A model generated the notes under the pieces. It was not told the origin of the DNA and did no database searches. It saw only the letters and a list, made by a program, of their open reading frames with translations. From the NCBI GenBank assembly GCA_963693365.1, contig CAVNZM010000009.1, positions 9,501,616 to 9,565,615 of the forward strand: 64,000 nt of DNA. Reading direction: 5' to 3'. Positions within the stretch are counted from its first letter, which is position 1, and each line of letters opens with the position of its first letter. This document shows, one piece after another, positions 55,235-64,000 of the stretch. This DNA is from Amoebidium appalachense (Eukaryota > Protista > Ichthyosporea). The position numbers were made by a program, and so were the translations under genes.

Positions 55235-55681
55235 CTGGGCCAGCCGCTGTTCCTGTCTGGGCGGCAGCTGGGGCAGCTGGTGCAGATGTGGCTGCGGCAC
55301 GAGGTGCTGCCCACCATCGTGCTGTGCTTCCGAATCGACAAGGCCCCAAATCTGCACGACTGGCGCCACTACTGAGCAATGTAGATTTATTTATCTTCCT
55401 TACCTCCAGAATGGCTGACGAAGGGCGTTGTGCTCAAGGGCCGGTGTATTGGTGTGAATATGCGCACGGGGCGCCTTTGCATTGGTTGTATCGACTTCAT
55501 GGATTTGGGGACCTAAAGTATTATGTAGGTGGTCTCGGGATAATGGTATGCCTAATCGATTCCGTGCAGGCAAAGTTAGACTTGTCTGTTTATGTGGCGT
55601 TGGAGGGAGCCGGGTGATGCTGGAATGATATCTATTGATACGTAGCAGCCCTCGGAAAAGGGGTTTACAACAGCAACACTT
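52664..55681 (+). repeat. ~3.0-kb direct repeat, copy 2
   Basis: Collinear with 27845-30760. Confidence 0.92.
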
Positions 55682-56049
55682 CAATACTAATACTATAGAG
55701 CGCCCCCAAGTACTTAGGAAGAAGTTCGTATTTTGGATATATTTGTATATCCCAGTATTATAACTCACATGCCGTGTCATTTTCATTGTGTATCACGTAA
55801 TATAGGTGTCGCGTCGATGAAGTTTTGAAATTGTATGATCTAGGTTGTAGAAAAATGTGTATCGGTATGCATTCTCTAAGATCGTACGTGGTGCGCCTCC
55901 TCGCGCACTTTCTTCTTAAAAATATCAAGAAACCATATCTGAATTTCTTTAGTCACACTTCGAAAAGGGGTATAAGTTATCTAATTCAGAACTGTCTCCG
56001 TAGGACAAAATTAGCGGATCATGCGCCGAACGCACGCTCACGGACCCAG

Positions 56050-56325
56050 TTGGGATATTCGGGTTGGTTGTAAGGTTTTCCGGGTCGGGCCGAAGGCCCT
56101 AACGGGCCGCAGGCCCGTCGATTGGCTGCTGCTAACCCCGGGGGCCCGGGGGGCCGGGCCGGGCCGGGCCGGGGGTGGCTCGCGGGCCGGGTCGAGCCCC
56201 CGGTCCCCGGCGCCCCGGGCCCCAGGCCTAGCGGCCTAGGGCCTATGGCCCAATCGACGGGCCTGCGGCCCGTTAGGGCCTTCGGCCCGACCCGGAAAAC
56301 CTTACAACCAACCCGAATATCCCAA
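56050..56325. repeat. GC-rich foldback with 76-bp perfect arms and nested hairpins
   Basis: 56050-56125 is the reverse complement of 56250-56325. Confidence 0.92.
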
Positions 56326-56574
56326 TATTGCTTCATTCTGATTGGTTGTCACACCACGGGGTTTCCCGATTGTTCTTCGAATGACATTTGCTATCACTAT
56401 CAGACAGTTCTCCAATTTCAGAACAGAAAACGGTCTCTACCCAGATGGCCAGATAGCCAGGTCAAATTCAGTGTGTGAAAAAAGGTGGATAAAACGGGAT
56501 AAAACGGGGAGCAAAATGATCTGGCCATCTGGCCATGTGGCCATGGAATCTCTATATCTAAAAATAGCTGCCAC

Positions 56575-56862
56575 TGCGCCGGGGCGTGGTTCCGGGAGGC
56601 AGGGGAGCAGGGGAGCTGGGGGGGGCACGTGAGCACTCACTGGCCCTGCGCCGGGGCGTGGTTCCGGGAGGCAGGGGGGCAGGGGAGCAGGGGGGCTGGG
56701 GGGGCTGGGGGGGGCACTCAGTGTGTGGGTGTGCATATGGCCATGGTCACGTATACTAAGAGACTCCACTGGGGGCCTGGTTCCGGGAGGCAGGGGAGCA
56801 GGGGGGGCTGGGGGGGCTGGGGGGCTGGGGAGGCTGGGGAGCAGGGGGGCAGGGGGGGCTGG
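56575..56862 (+). repeat. G-rich repeats (3 units)
   Basis: TGGTTCCGGGAGGCAGGGG..CAGGGGG..CTGGGGGGG at ~56587, 56659 and 56778. Confidence 0.75.
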
Positions 56863-56951
56863 CATGCCACTCACAGCGTGGATAAATGTTGTGTGTGCAT
56901 AGTGTATGTTGGCACCATGCGGCTGTGTGGGTGATAAAGGCAGAAGCCACA

Positions 56952-57271
56952 ACACGTGTGGTGTCTAAACAGCCTATAGGCATGCTCCGTGTGCAGGCAC
57001 CAATTTCTACCCTCTTCTGGTTGGTGCCAAGAGGCAGCGCCCTACACGTGTGGTGTCTAAACAGCCTATAGGCATGCTCCGTGTGCAGGCACCAATTTCT
57101 ACCCTCTTCTGGTTGGTGCCAAGAGGCAGCGCCCTACACGTGTGGTGTCTAAACAGCCTATAGGCATGCTCCGTGTGCAGGCACTAATTTGTTGTGCCTT
57201 CCTTTTTTGGTTAGATCTATACCCGGCCAATGGTTAGCAGCCACGGGTTTGTTTTCATCAAGCTTAGACGT
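56952..57271 (+). repeat. Left arm of an inverted repeat built from 92-bp palindromic units
   Basis: Units start at 56952, 57044 and 57136, then a unique tail to AAGCTTAGACGT; reverse complement of 62792-63170. Confidence 0.93.
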
Positions 57272-57280
57272 GATACTTTG

Positions 57281-57388
57281 CCAATCATCAAGGCCGTTTG
57301 AGTGACAATGACCGTTGATTGGACAGATCTATCCCATTGAGCCTTGGCACCATTGCTGTAAGCTGCTTTGTACCGTGGCATATAAAAG
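57281..57388 (+). promoter_or_regulatory. Putative Pol II promoter (CCAAT boxes plus TATA)
   Basis: CCAAT 57281, ATTGG 57318, TATAAAAG 57381, about 100 bp before ATG 57484. Confidence 0.6.
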
Positions 57389-57483
57389 CAGCACACACGG
57401 TCACATTCACTCATTTAAACACTGACACTCAATAGTAAAAGGCGACACACAACAAACTTGTTTTTCAAACACTCACACGAAAC

Positions 57484-58609
57484 ATGGATTCTTTGAAAGA
57501 GGAGCTTCAACAGCTGCAGAAGCGCTTTGATTTTCTGTACACGGACAATTCGTCTCGCTTAACGGCCCTGCACACCGACCTCACCAGCCTCCGCAGTCAA
57601 GTGACCAATGAGAATGCTGCACGTACCCCCCGACCCCCCCAACCCCAGCCCTCTGATGTAGAGGCACGACTGAGGGCAGCCGAAGAGCAGATCAAGACCC
57701 TGCAGGCCGAGCTTGCCAGCCTGCAACGGGCTGCAGCACCCCACCGGGATGGCCAGGTGGCCTATGAAAACTACATTTTCAGTGGCCCTTGCAAGACTAC
57801 CCCTGTGGCCATGACCACCACTGTGACTGCCCCCCCCCCCTGCCGGCAAGACCACCACTGTGACTGCCCCCACCCCTGCCGCCAAGACCGCCCCTGTGAC
57901 TGCCCCCACCCCTGCCGCCAAGACCGCCCCTGTGACTGCCCCTACCCCTGCCGCCAAGACCACTCCTGCCAAGACCACCCCTACCACCAAGACCACTCCT
58001 GCCAAGACCACCCCTACCACCAAGACCACTCCTGCCAAGACCACCCCTACCACCAAGATCACTCCTGCCAAGACCACCCCTGCCGCTAAGCCCAGGCCCA
58101 AGCACACCAAAACACCTGAGACTTCGTTGCATGACCATACGATGGACCTCGATGCACAGCTAACTAGTGTGAGGGGGGAGCTCCAGAATGCTCGAGAGCG
58201 TGTCAAAGAGGCAAAGGTGGCTGAAGATGAAATAGCGGAGGGCCTGGCCCATGCTGCTGTGTGTGCAGCCCAAAACACCATAAAAAGCATCCGAAGGAAG
58301 ATTCTGCGACGGGAGAAGAACTTGAAGGCATACACAGGTGGTAATGAGTCTGTCTCTTCACCTGCCTCACCCGCCAAACGCGTCCATGATCAATGTGATT
58401 GGGACTCAGATGAAGCATTCAACCCCAAGCGGCTCAAACGACGGGCAAATCAGGTACTCGATGATATGACAGATGACGAATCTGCGTCTGATCGTGAGTC
58501 GGTCTTGTATGACCGCAAACCTGAACCCAAACATAAACAAACTGAAGAAATTCCCCTCATTGATCTTGACCAGGAAGAGTTTGACCAGTATGAGCATGAG
58601 ATGTACTGA
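57484..58609 (+). CDS. Coiled-coil/repeat protein (~374 aa if one extra C at 57830-57840 is removed)
   Basis: N-terminal heptads; 33-bp and 27-bp tandem repeats (TAPTPAAK, KTTPAKTTP); second coiled coil; PKRLKRR; acidic tail. The C11 run replaces the 10-nt CCCCCACCCC of neighbouring units. Confidence 0.75.
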
Positions 58610-59011
58610 TTTGATTGGTCGACTAAGTGGCATTCTCTTTTGATTTGTATTTGAATTGATCGGTCTTGATTTATTTGTTTTCTTTTCTCTTTTAGTTCGT
58701 ATTTGAATATACTCGGTCCAAGTTGATTTGTTCTTTGTAATCTGACTAGACTATCATGTACGTACTTACTCTTTTTCTATACAATCACTTGTGTTCATAT
58801 TAAAGGATTCTGTGTACGTGGACCACGGAAACATACACCATTTTTTGCAGTGCTTCATGCTATAAAATAACCATGAGAGACACAAACAAATACACTAAGT
58901 GTGTACACGTCTACCCATAGGCCCAAGTGTTGACATGTCTGCCCACAGTTCCCTAAGGCTTAAAGCACACATCTGCCTGTATGCCATAAACTTTACTTTC
59001 ACCACAAGACA

Positions 59012-60017
59012 CCCACCTAAGTACACTCTGCACCACCCTAAGTACACTGTGGTGCACAGCCCCACCCTAAGTACACGTCTGCACCACCCTAAGTACACTG
59101 TGGTGCACAGCCCCACCCTAAGTACACTCTGCACCACCCTAAGTACACTGTGGTGCACAGCCCCACCCTAAGTACACGTCTGCACCACCCTAAGTACACG
59201 TCTGCACCACCCTAAGTACACCTCTGCACCACCCTAAGTACACGTCTGCACCACCCTAAGTACACTCTGCACCACCCTAAGTACACTCTGCACCACCCTA
59301 AGTACACGTCTGCACCACCCTAAGTACACGTCTGCACCACCCTAAGTACACGTCTGCACCACCCTAAGTACACCTCTGCACCGCCCTAAGTACACCTCTG
59401 CACCGCCCTAAGTACACCTCTGCACAGCCCTAAGTACACTCTGCACAGCCCCACCCTAAGTACACTCTGCACCACCCTAAGTACACTCTGCACCACCCTA
59501 AGTACACTCTGCACCGCCCTAAGTACACTCTGCACCACCCTAAGTACACTCTGCACAGCCCCACCCTAACTTAGTACACTCTGCACCACCCTAAGTACAC
59601 CTCTGCACCACCCTAAGTACACGTCTGCACCACCCTAAGTACACGTCTGCACCACCCTAAGTACACGTCTGCACCGCACCACCCTAAGTACACGTCTGCA
59701 CCACCCTAAGTACACCTCTGCACCACCCTAAGTACACGTCTGCACCACCCTAAGTACACCTCTGCACAGCCCTAAGTACACCTCTGCACCACCCTAAGTA
59801 CACCTCTGCACAGCCCTAAGTACACTCTGCACAGCCCCACCCTAAGTACACTCTGCACCACCCTAAGTACACTCTGCACAGCCCCACCCTAAGTACACTC
59901 TGCACCACCCTAAGTACACTCTGCACCACCCTAAGTACCTCTACACCATCCTAAGTACACGTCTGCACAGCCCCACCCTTTAAGTACACGTCTGCACAGC
60001 CCCACCCTAAGTACACT
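59012..60017 (+). repeat. ~1-kb minisatellite with constant core CACCCTAAGTACAC and 21-29-bp variant units
   Basis: Core followed by TCTGCAC, GTCTGCAC, CTCTGCAC, TCTGCACAGCCC or TGTGGTGCACAGCCC. Confidence 0.95.
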
Positions 60018-60095
60018 CAATGTTAAGTACATCTGCACACAAGCACTAGAATAGCCTGAGGCTACTCTCTAATAGCTGCCCCTTTTTTCACCGTG

Positions 60096-60743
60096 TCAAG
60101 GCCAGTTGATATCTCCGTCTGAAGACTCGGAAGACGCCCCAGAGCTGCTGGCTTCACTGGCTCGTGCCCTTTTCTGCTGTCCCCGTGTCAAGGTCTTGGA
60201 CTCGGAAGACGAGTACTCCTCAGAAGACGAGTACTCCTCAGGTTCTGACTGCTGTCCCCGTAGCAAGGTCTTGGACAAGGTCTTGAACCAAGCAGGCACT
60301 GGAGGATGGTACTCCTCCTCCGACCCAGAGCTTCTGACTTCCTCTCGTGTCCTCTTCTGCTGTCTTCGTGGTTTCTCCCGTGTCTTGGACCCCTGTGTGA
60401 TGTGCAAACGTGAGCGCTGCAGGGGCTGGGGGGCCAAGTCCACGGGATAGGAGCTGCCATGCTCGCCAGCACGAAGTGCAGGTGCCGCTGCCAGGACAGG
60501 GGGTGCCACGGTCAGCGCTGGGGGTGCCACGGTTGCTGCTGGGGGTGCCACGGTTGCTGCTGGGGGTGCCACGGTTGCTGCTGTAGTGGTGCGCGAAGCC
60601 ATGCGGGTGTGCCTAGCAAGGGCGCGCGCGAAACGGGCCTGGGTGTCCCGCAGGGCCTTTGCATCCTCCTCCAAAGTCTTGAGTCTTGTCTCTATTTTTT
60701 CAGCGCGCCTTTCTAGATCTTTGATGTTATCTTTAGAACTCAT
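60096..60743 (-). CDS. Coiled-coil/repeat protein (215 aa from ATG 60743)
   Basis: MSSKDNIKDLERRAEKIETRLKTLEE heptads, (AATVAPP)n 21-bp repeats, Ser/Glu-rich tail. Upstream TATAAAAG at ~60828-60835 and CCAAT boxes at 60877, 60909 and 60938 (rc). Confidence 0.75.
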   Translation of the reverse strand: MSSKDNIKDLERRAEKIETRLKTLEEDAKALRDTQARFARALARHTRMASRTTTAATVAPPAATVAPPAATVAPPALTVAPPVLAAAPALRAGEHGSSYPVDLAPQPLQRSRLHITQGSKTREKPRRQQKRTREEVRSSGSEEEYHPPVPAWFKTLSKTLLRGQQSEPEEYSSSEEYSSSESKTLTRGQQKRARASEASSSGASSESSDGDINWP

Positions 60744-61430
60744 TTTCGTGACAGTTGGATGTACGTTGTGTGCCAAGGGAGAAGCTAGCTAACATGGAAA
60801 AGGGGTGTGGATTGAAGAGAGTATGGGCTTTTATATGCCGTGCCCGGCTTTGGCATCAGATGCTTTATTGCATTAGATTGGTTGGATATACCCCAGCCGC
60901 GACGCTTGATTGGATCTAGAGATCGCGTGAACATCTGATTGGCTAATTGTCATTTAGGCATCTTGGTGTATCCGATAAGTTGGGGCTCAACCAAATCTGC
61001 TGACTGATTGATGAATTCTGATTGGATCAACAAGAGCATGTTTTGACTTGAGAATTGTCATTTTGACAGATTGGATTGTAATCCCATCTTTGCAACTTGG
61101 CCGTCAGTGTTTGAACACAATGTATTTTGATGTAGCAACTCCTAAAAAAACACGAATATGCTTCCCAACAATTACGAGCATTATTCTGTCTATCAGGGAT
61201 ACAAAAATTGGTCAGGAAAAGTACACAATCACATGGTGCTGACAGCTTGAGCACGATGTCAACTGATAGCGAATCGGTGCACTGCCTGCTGGGAACAACA
61301 TGTCACTTTTTGAGCAGCACTTAGGAAACTCGCGCTCACGTGGATCCAATACTTATACACCAACCAGAAGTGTGCGCACAAAAAGGGGTCCGAGCTGGAT
61401 ACAAATGGCTTGGTGTGTGTGTGTGTGTGT

Positions 61431-62330
61431 TTTATTTTGCATTGTGTAAGGAGCGCTTTTTTTTGTTCACACTGCTTTACTTTGTAAATAATCAGTGGCG
61501 AGTTTTTTTAGTTCACGGTGTGTTTGCGCATCATAGGATTTTGCTTTATTTTGCATTGTGTAAGGAGCGCTTTTTTTTGTTCACACTGCTTTACTTCGTG
61601 TAAATAATCAGTGGCGAGTTTTTTTAGTTCACGGTGTGTTTGCGCATCATAGGATTTTGCTTTATTTTGCATTGTGTAAGGAGCGCTTTTTTTTGTTCAC
61701 ACTGCTTTACTTTGTGTAAATAATCAGTGGCGAGTTTTTTTAGTTCACGGTGTGTTTGCGCATCATAGGATTTTGCTTTATTTTGCATTGTGTAATTTTT
61801 TGTTCACACTGCTTTACTTCGTGTAAATAATCAGTGGCGAGTTTTTTTAGTTCACGGTGTGTTTGCGCATCACAGGATTTTGCTTTATTTTGCATTGTGT
61901 AAGGAGCGCTTTTTTTTGTTCACACTGCTTTACTTCGTGTAAATAATCAGTGGCGAGTTTTTTTAGTTCACGGTGTGTTTGCGCATCATAGGATTTTGCT
62001 TTATTTTGCATTGTGTAATTTTTTGTTCACACTGCTTTACTTCGTGTAAATAATCAGTGGCGAGTTTTTTTAGTTCACGGTGTGTTTGCGCATCATAGGA
62101 TTTTGCTTTATTTTGCATTGTGTAAGGAGCGCTTTTTTTTGTTCACACTGCTTTACTTCGTGTAAATAATCAGTGGCGAGTTTTTTTTTAGTTCACGGTG
62201 TGTTTGCGCATCGTAGGATTTTGCTTTATTTTGCACTGTGTAAGAGGAACGTTTTTTTTGGGTCACACTTTTGCTTCGTAAAAATAAGAGGGACGTTTTT
62301 TTTGGTTCACACTGCTTTGCTTCGTGGATA
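61431..62330 (+). repeat. Tandem array of ~107-117-bp T-rich units (7 plus a degenerate eighth)
   Basis: TTTATTTTGCA(T/C)TGTGTAA recurs at ~61431, 61545, 61661, 61777, 61884, 62000, 62107 and 62224. Confidence 0.95.
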
Positions 62331-62373
62331 GAAAAACTAAACACCTCCTGCCCAACCGGCTGCAAACGACACA

Positions 62374-62733
62374 ATGGACGAAACAGTCACACAGCGCCAA
62401 GATGATGCACACACCGAGCAGCTGCAAGAGACCAACAAGATGCTGAAGGAGGCCAACGAGGGGCTGCACGGGCTGATCCAGCAGCTGAGGGAGTTGAACA
62501 ACGACATGGACAAGGACAACGACGCGCTGCGCACAATGAACAAGTACCAGCGGGAGGTGATCAAGGGCCTGCAAGAGGAGCGCAACAAGGTGTGCGAAGA
62601 GAACAAGAATTTGGTGGTGGAGAACCAAGAGCTGCAGCTGGAAAACGACAAGCTGAAGAAGCAAAAGGACTTTCTACGGGCCTGTCTCATACGTCTGGGC
62701 CAGTCCGCTAAGACTCCGGATGAAACGGATTGA
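62374..62733 (+). CDS. Small all-coiled-coil protein (119 aa)
   Basis: Continuous heptads, GC3-rich codons, ATG to TGA, no intron. Confidence 0.75.
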   Translation: MDETVTQRQDDAHTEQLQETNKMLKEANEGLHGLIQQLRELNNDMDKDNDALRTMNKYQREVIKGLQEERNKVCEENKNLVVENQELQLENDKLKKQKDFLRACLIRLGQSAKTPDETD

Positions 62734-62791
62734 TACAATCATGAGGGATAACACATGCGAGTGATTTCATTCTGTTACTTAGTATGTATTA

Positions 62792-63170
62792 ACGTCTAAG
62801 CTTGATGAAAACAAACCCGTGGCTGCTAACCATTGGCCGGGTATAGATCTAACCAAAAAAGGAAGGCACAACAAATTAGTGCCCTGCACACGGAGCATGC
62901 CTATAGGCTGTTTAGACACCACACGTGTAGGGCACTGCCTCTTGGCACCAACCAGAAGAGGGTAGAAATCAGTGCCCTGCACACAGAGCATGCCTATAGG
63001 CTGTTTAGACACCACACGTGTAGGGCACTGCCTCTTGGCACCAACCATAAGAGGGTAGAAATCAGTGCCCTGCACACAGAGCATGCCTATAGGCTGTTTA
63101 GACACCACACGTGTAGGGCACTGCCTCTTGGCACCAACCAGAAGAGGTAGAAATCAGTGCCTTGCACACG
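62792..63170 (-). repeat. Right arm of the inverted repeat (93-bp units)
   Basis: Reverse complement of 56952-57271 with additional unit sequence. Confidence 0.93.
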
Positions 63171-63242
63171 GGGCAACTGGAAATACATGTTTTAGGGCTC
63201 GTAGCCCACCCAGACAAAATTATTTTCTAGTATAAGATAATA

Positions 63243-64000
63243 ATGATAAACATTGACGAGGCCGCACGTACTTCGTTTCTCAATGTTACGGATGGATTAC
63301 CGCGCTTTGCCCCATCAAGCTCCATTGGTTCCTGGTGTGATAAAGATGCCATTATTGCTTTTTTGAGGACAAAGGTAGCTCGCGTTCTAAATAGCAATGT
63401 GTATGTGGTAAAAATCAACAAGGGGAGACGTACCACTTTTGATTTCCAATCCAGGGAGGCAGTCAACGGGACTCTGTCCGCCATGAGATTCACCTATCCG
63501 AATGGGAAAAAAGACGCTGTTTACTTGGGGAAGGACTATCTATGCGAACCCACAATAACATGGTTCAACGACGCTGTTTTTGACCCGGCTGATCTCAAGT
63601 GCGAGAAGGACGAGAACTACGCCTGCTTCAATACATATGGCGGCATGGCGTTTTCACCTATTGACGGTTTCCGAGTGGACTCACATAAAGTGGGACCCTT
63701 TCTCTGGCACCTACACAACATTATGGCCAACGGTGACCCCATCATGGGCGGGTTTCTTCTTAATTGGATTGCACATATCATCCAGCATCCAGGACAAAAG
63801 CCTGATAGTTGTTGTCTTTTCAAAAGTGTCCAAGGGACGGGAAAAAACATGTTTTGGAACATATTCAGCAAGTTATTGGGTCCCGCCTTGGTTGTAACCG
63901 TGAACAGCAAACACCGATTGGTTGGGAATTTCAATGCACACCTCGCGGATAAGCTGCTTGTGTTGGTCGATGAAGTGACCTTTGGGGGGGAACACACAGT
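63243..64000 (+). CDS. D5/DUF5906-like superfamily 3 helicase, partial (absent from the ORF track because it runs off the window)
   Basis: Own translation: MINIDEAART...FNTYGG...FLWHLHNIMANGD..FLLNWIAHIIQHPGQK...Walker A SVQGTGKN...GNFNAHL..Walker B LLVLVDE; no stop in 252 codons. Confidence 0.9.
   Translation, partial: MINIDEAARTSFLNVTDGLPRFAPSSSIGSWCDKDAIIAFLRTKVARVLNSNVYVVKINKGRRTTFDFQSREAVNGTLSAMRFTYPNGKKDAVYLGKDYLCEPTITWFNDAVFDPADLKCEKDENYACFNTYGGMAFSPIDGFRVDSHKVGPFLWHLHNIMANGDPIMGGFLLNWIAHIIQHPGQKPDSCCLFKSVQGTGKNMFWNIFSKLLGPALVVTVNSKHRLVGNFNAHLADKLLVLVDEVTFGGEHT

Noticed and set aside
57845-58089. Metallothionein-like Cys/His repeat protein
   Set aside because: It is an alternative frame created by the extra C; the other frame continues into a coiled coil and a normal end.
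59012-60017. CRISPR-like array
   Set aside because: Linkers are 7-15 nt and recurrent rather than unique spacers; there are no cas genes and the context is eukaryotic.

Overview
Eukaryotic genomic DNA with GT-AG introns full of poly-G/C and (CA)n tracts; most ORFs in the supplied track are low-complexity artefacts. (1) 1-26 kb is a nest of young mobile elements: three copies of a tyrosine-recombinase (YR) element with split direct repeats (Ngaro/PAT-like), with no RT in the two complete copies; a non-autonomous Ty3/Gypsy-derived LTR element (TSD TAAAT); a near-full Ty1/Copia and its non-autonomous LTR-sharing partner (TSD GAGAA); and LTRs of a second Copia family. The Gypsy-derived and non-autonomous Copia insertions interrupt a decayed host-like gene. 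(2) 27-56 kb holds two ~3-kb direct repeats bracketing foldback elements, an intronless twin-AP2-domain ORF and a multi-exon NCoR/SMRT/Snt1-like SANT gene with premature stops. (3) 56-64 kb is an intronless, virus/plasmid-like module: a GC-rich nested hairpin, palindromic 92-bp repeat blocks in inverted orientation around three coiled-coil ORFs and two tandem arrays, then a stand-alone D5/DUF5906-type SF3 helicase ORF that runs off the window. All assignments are by eye from motifs; no database searches were run.
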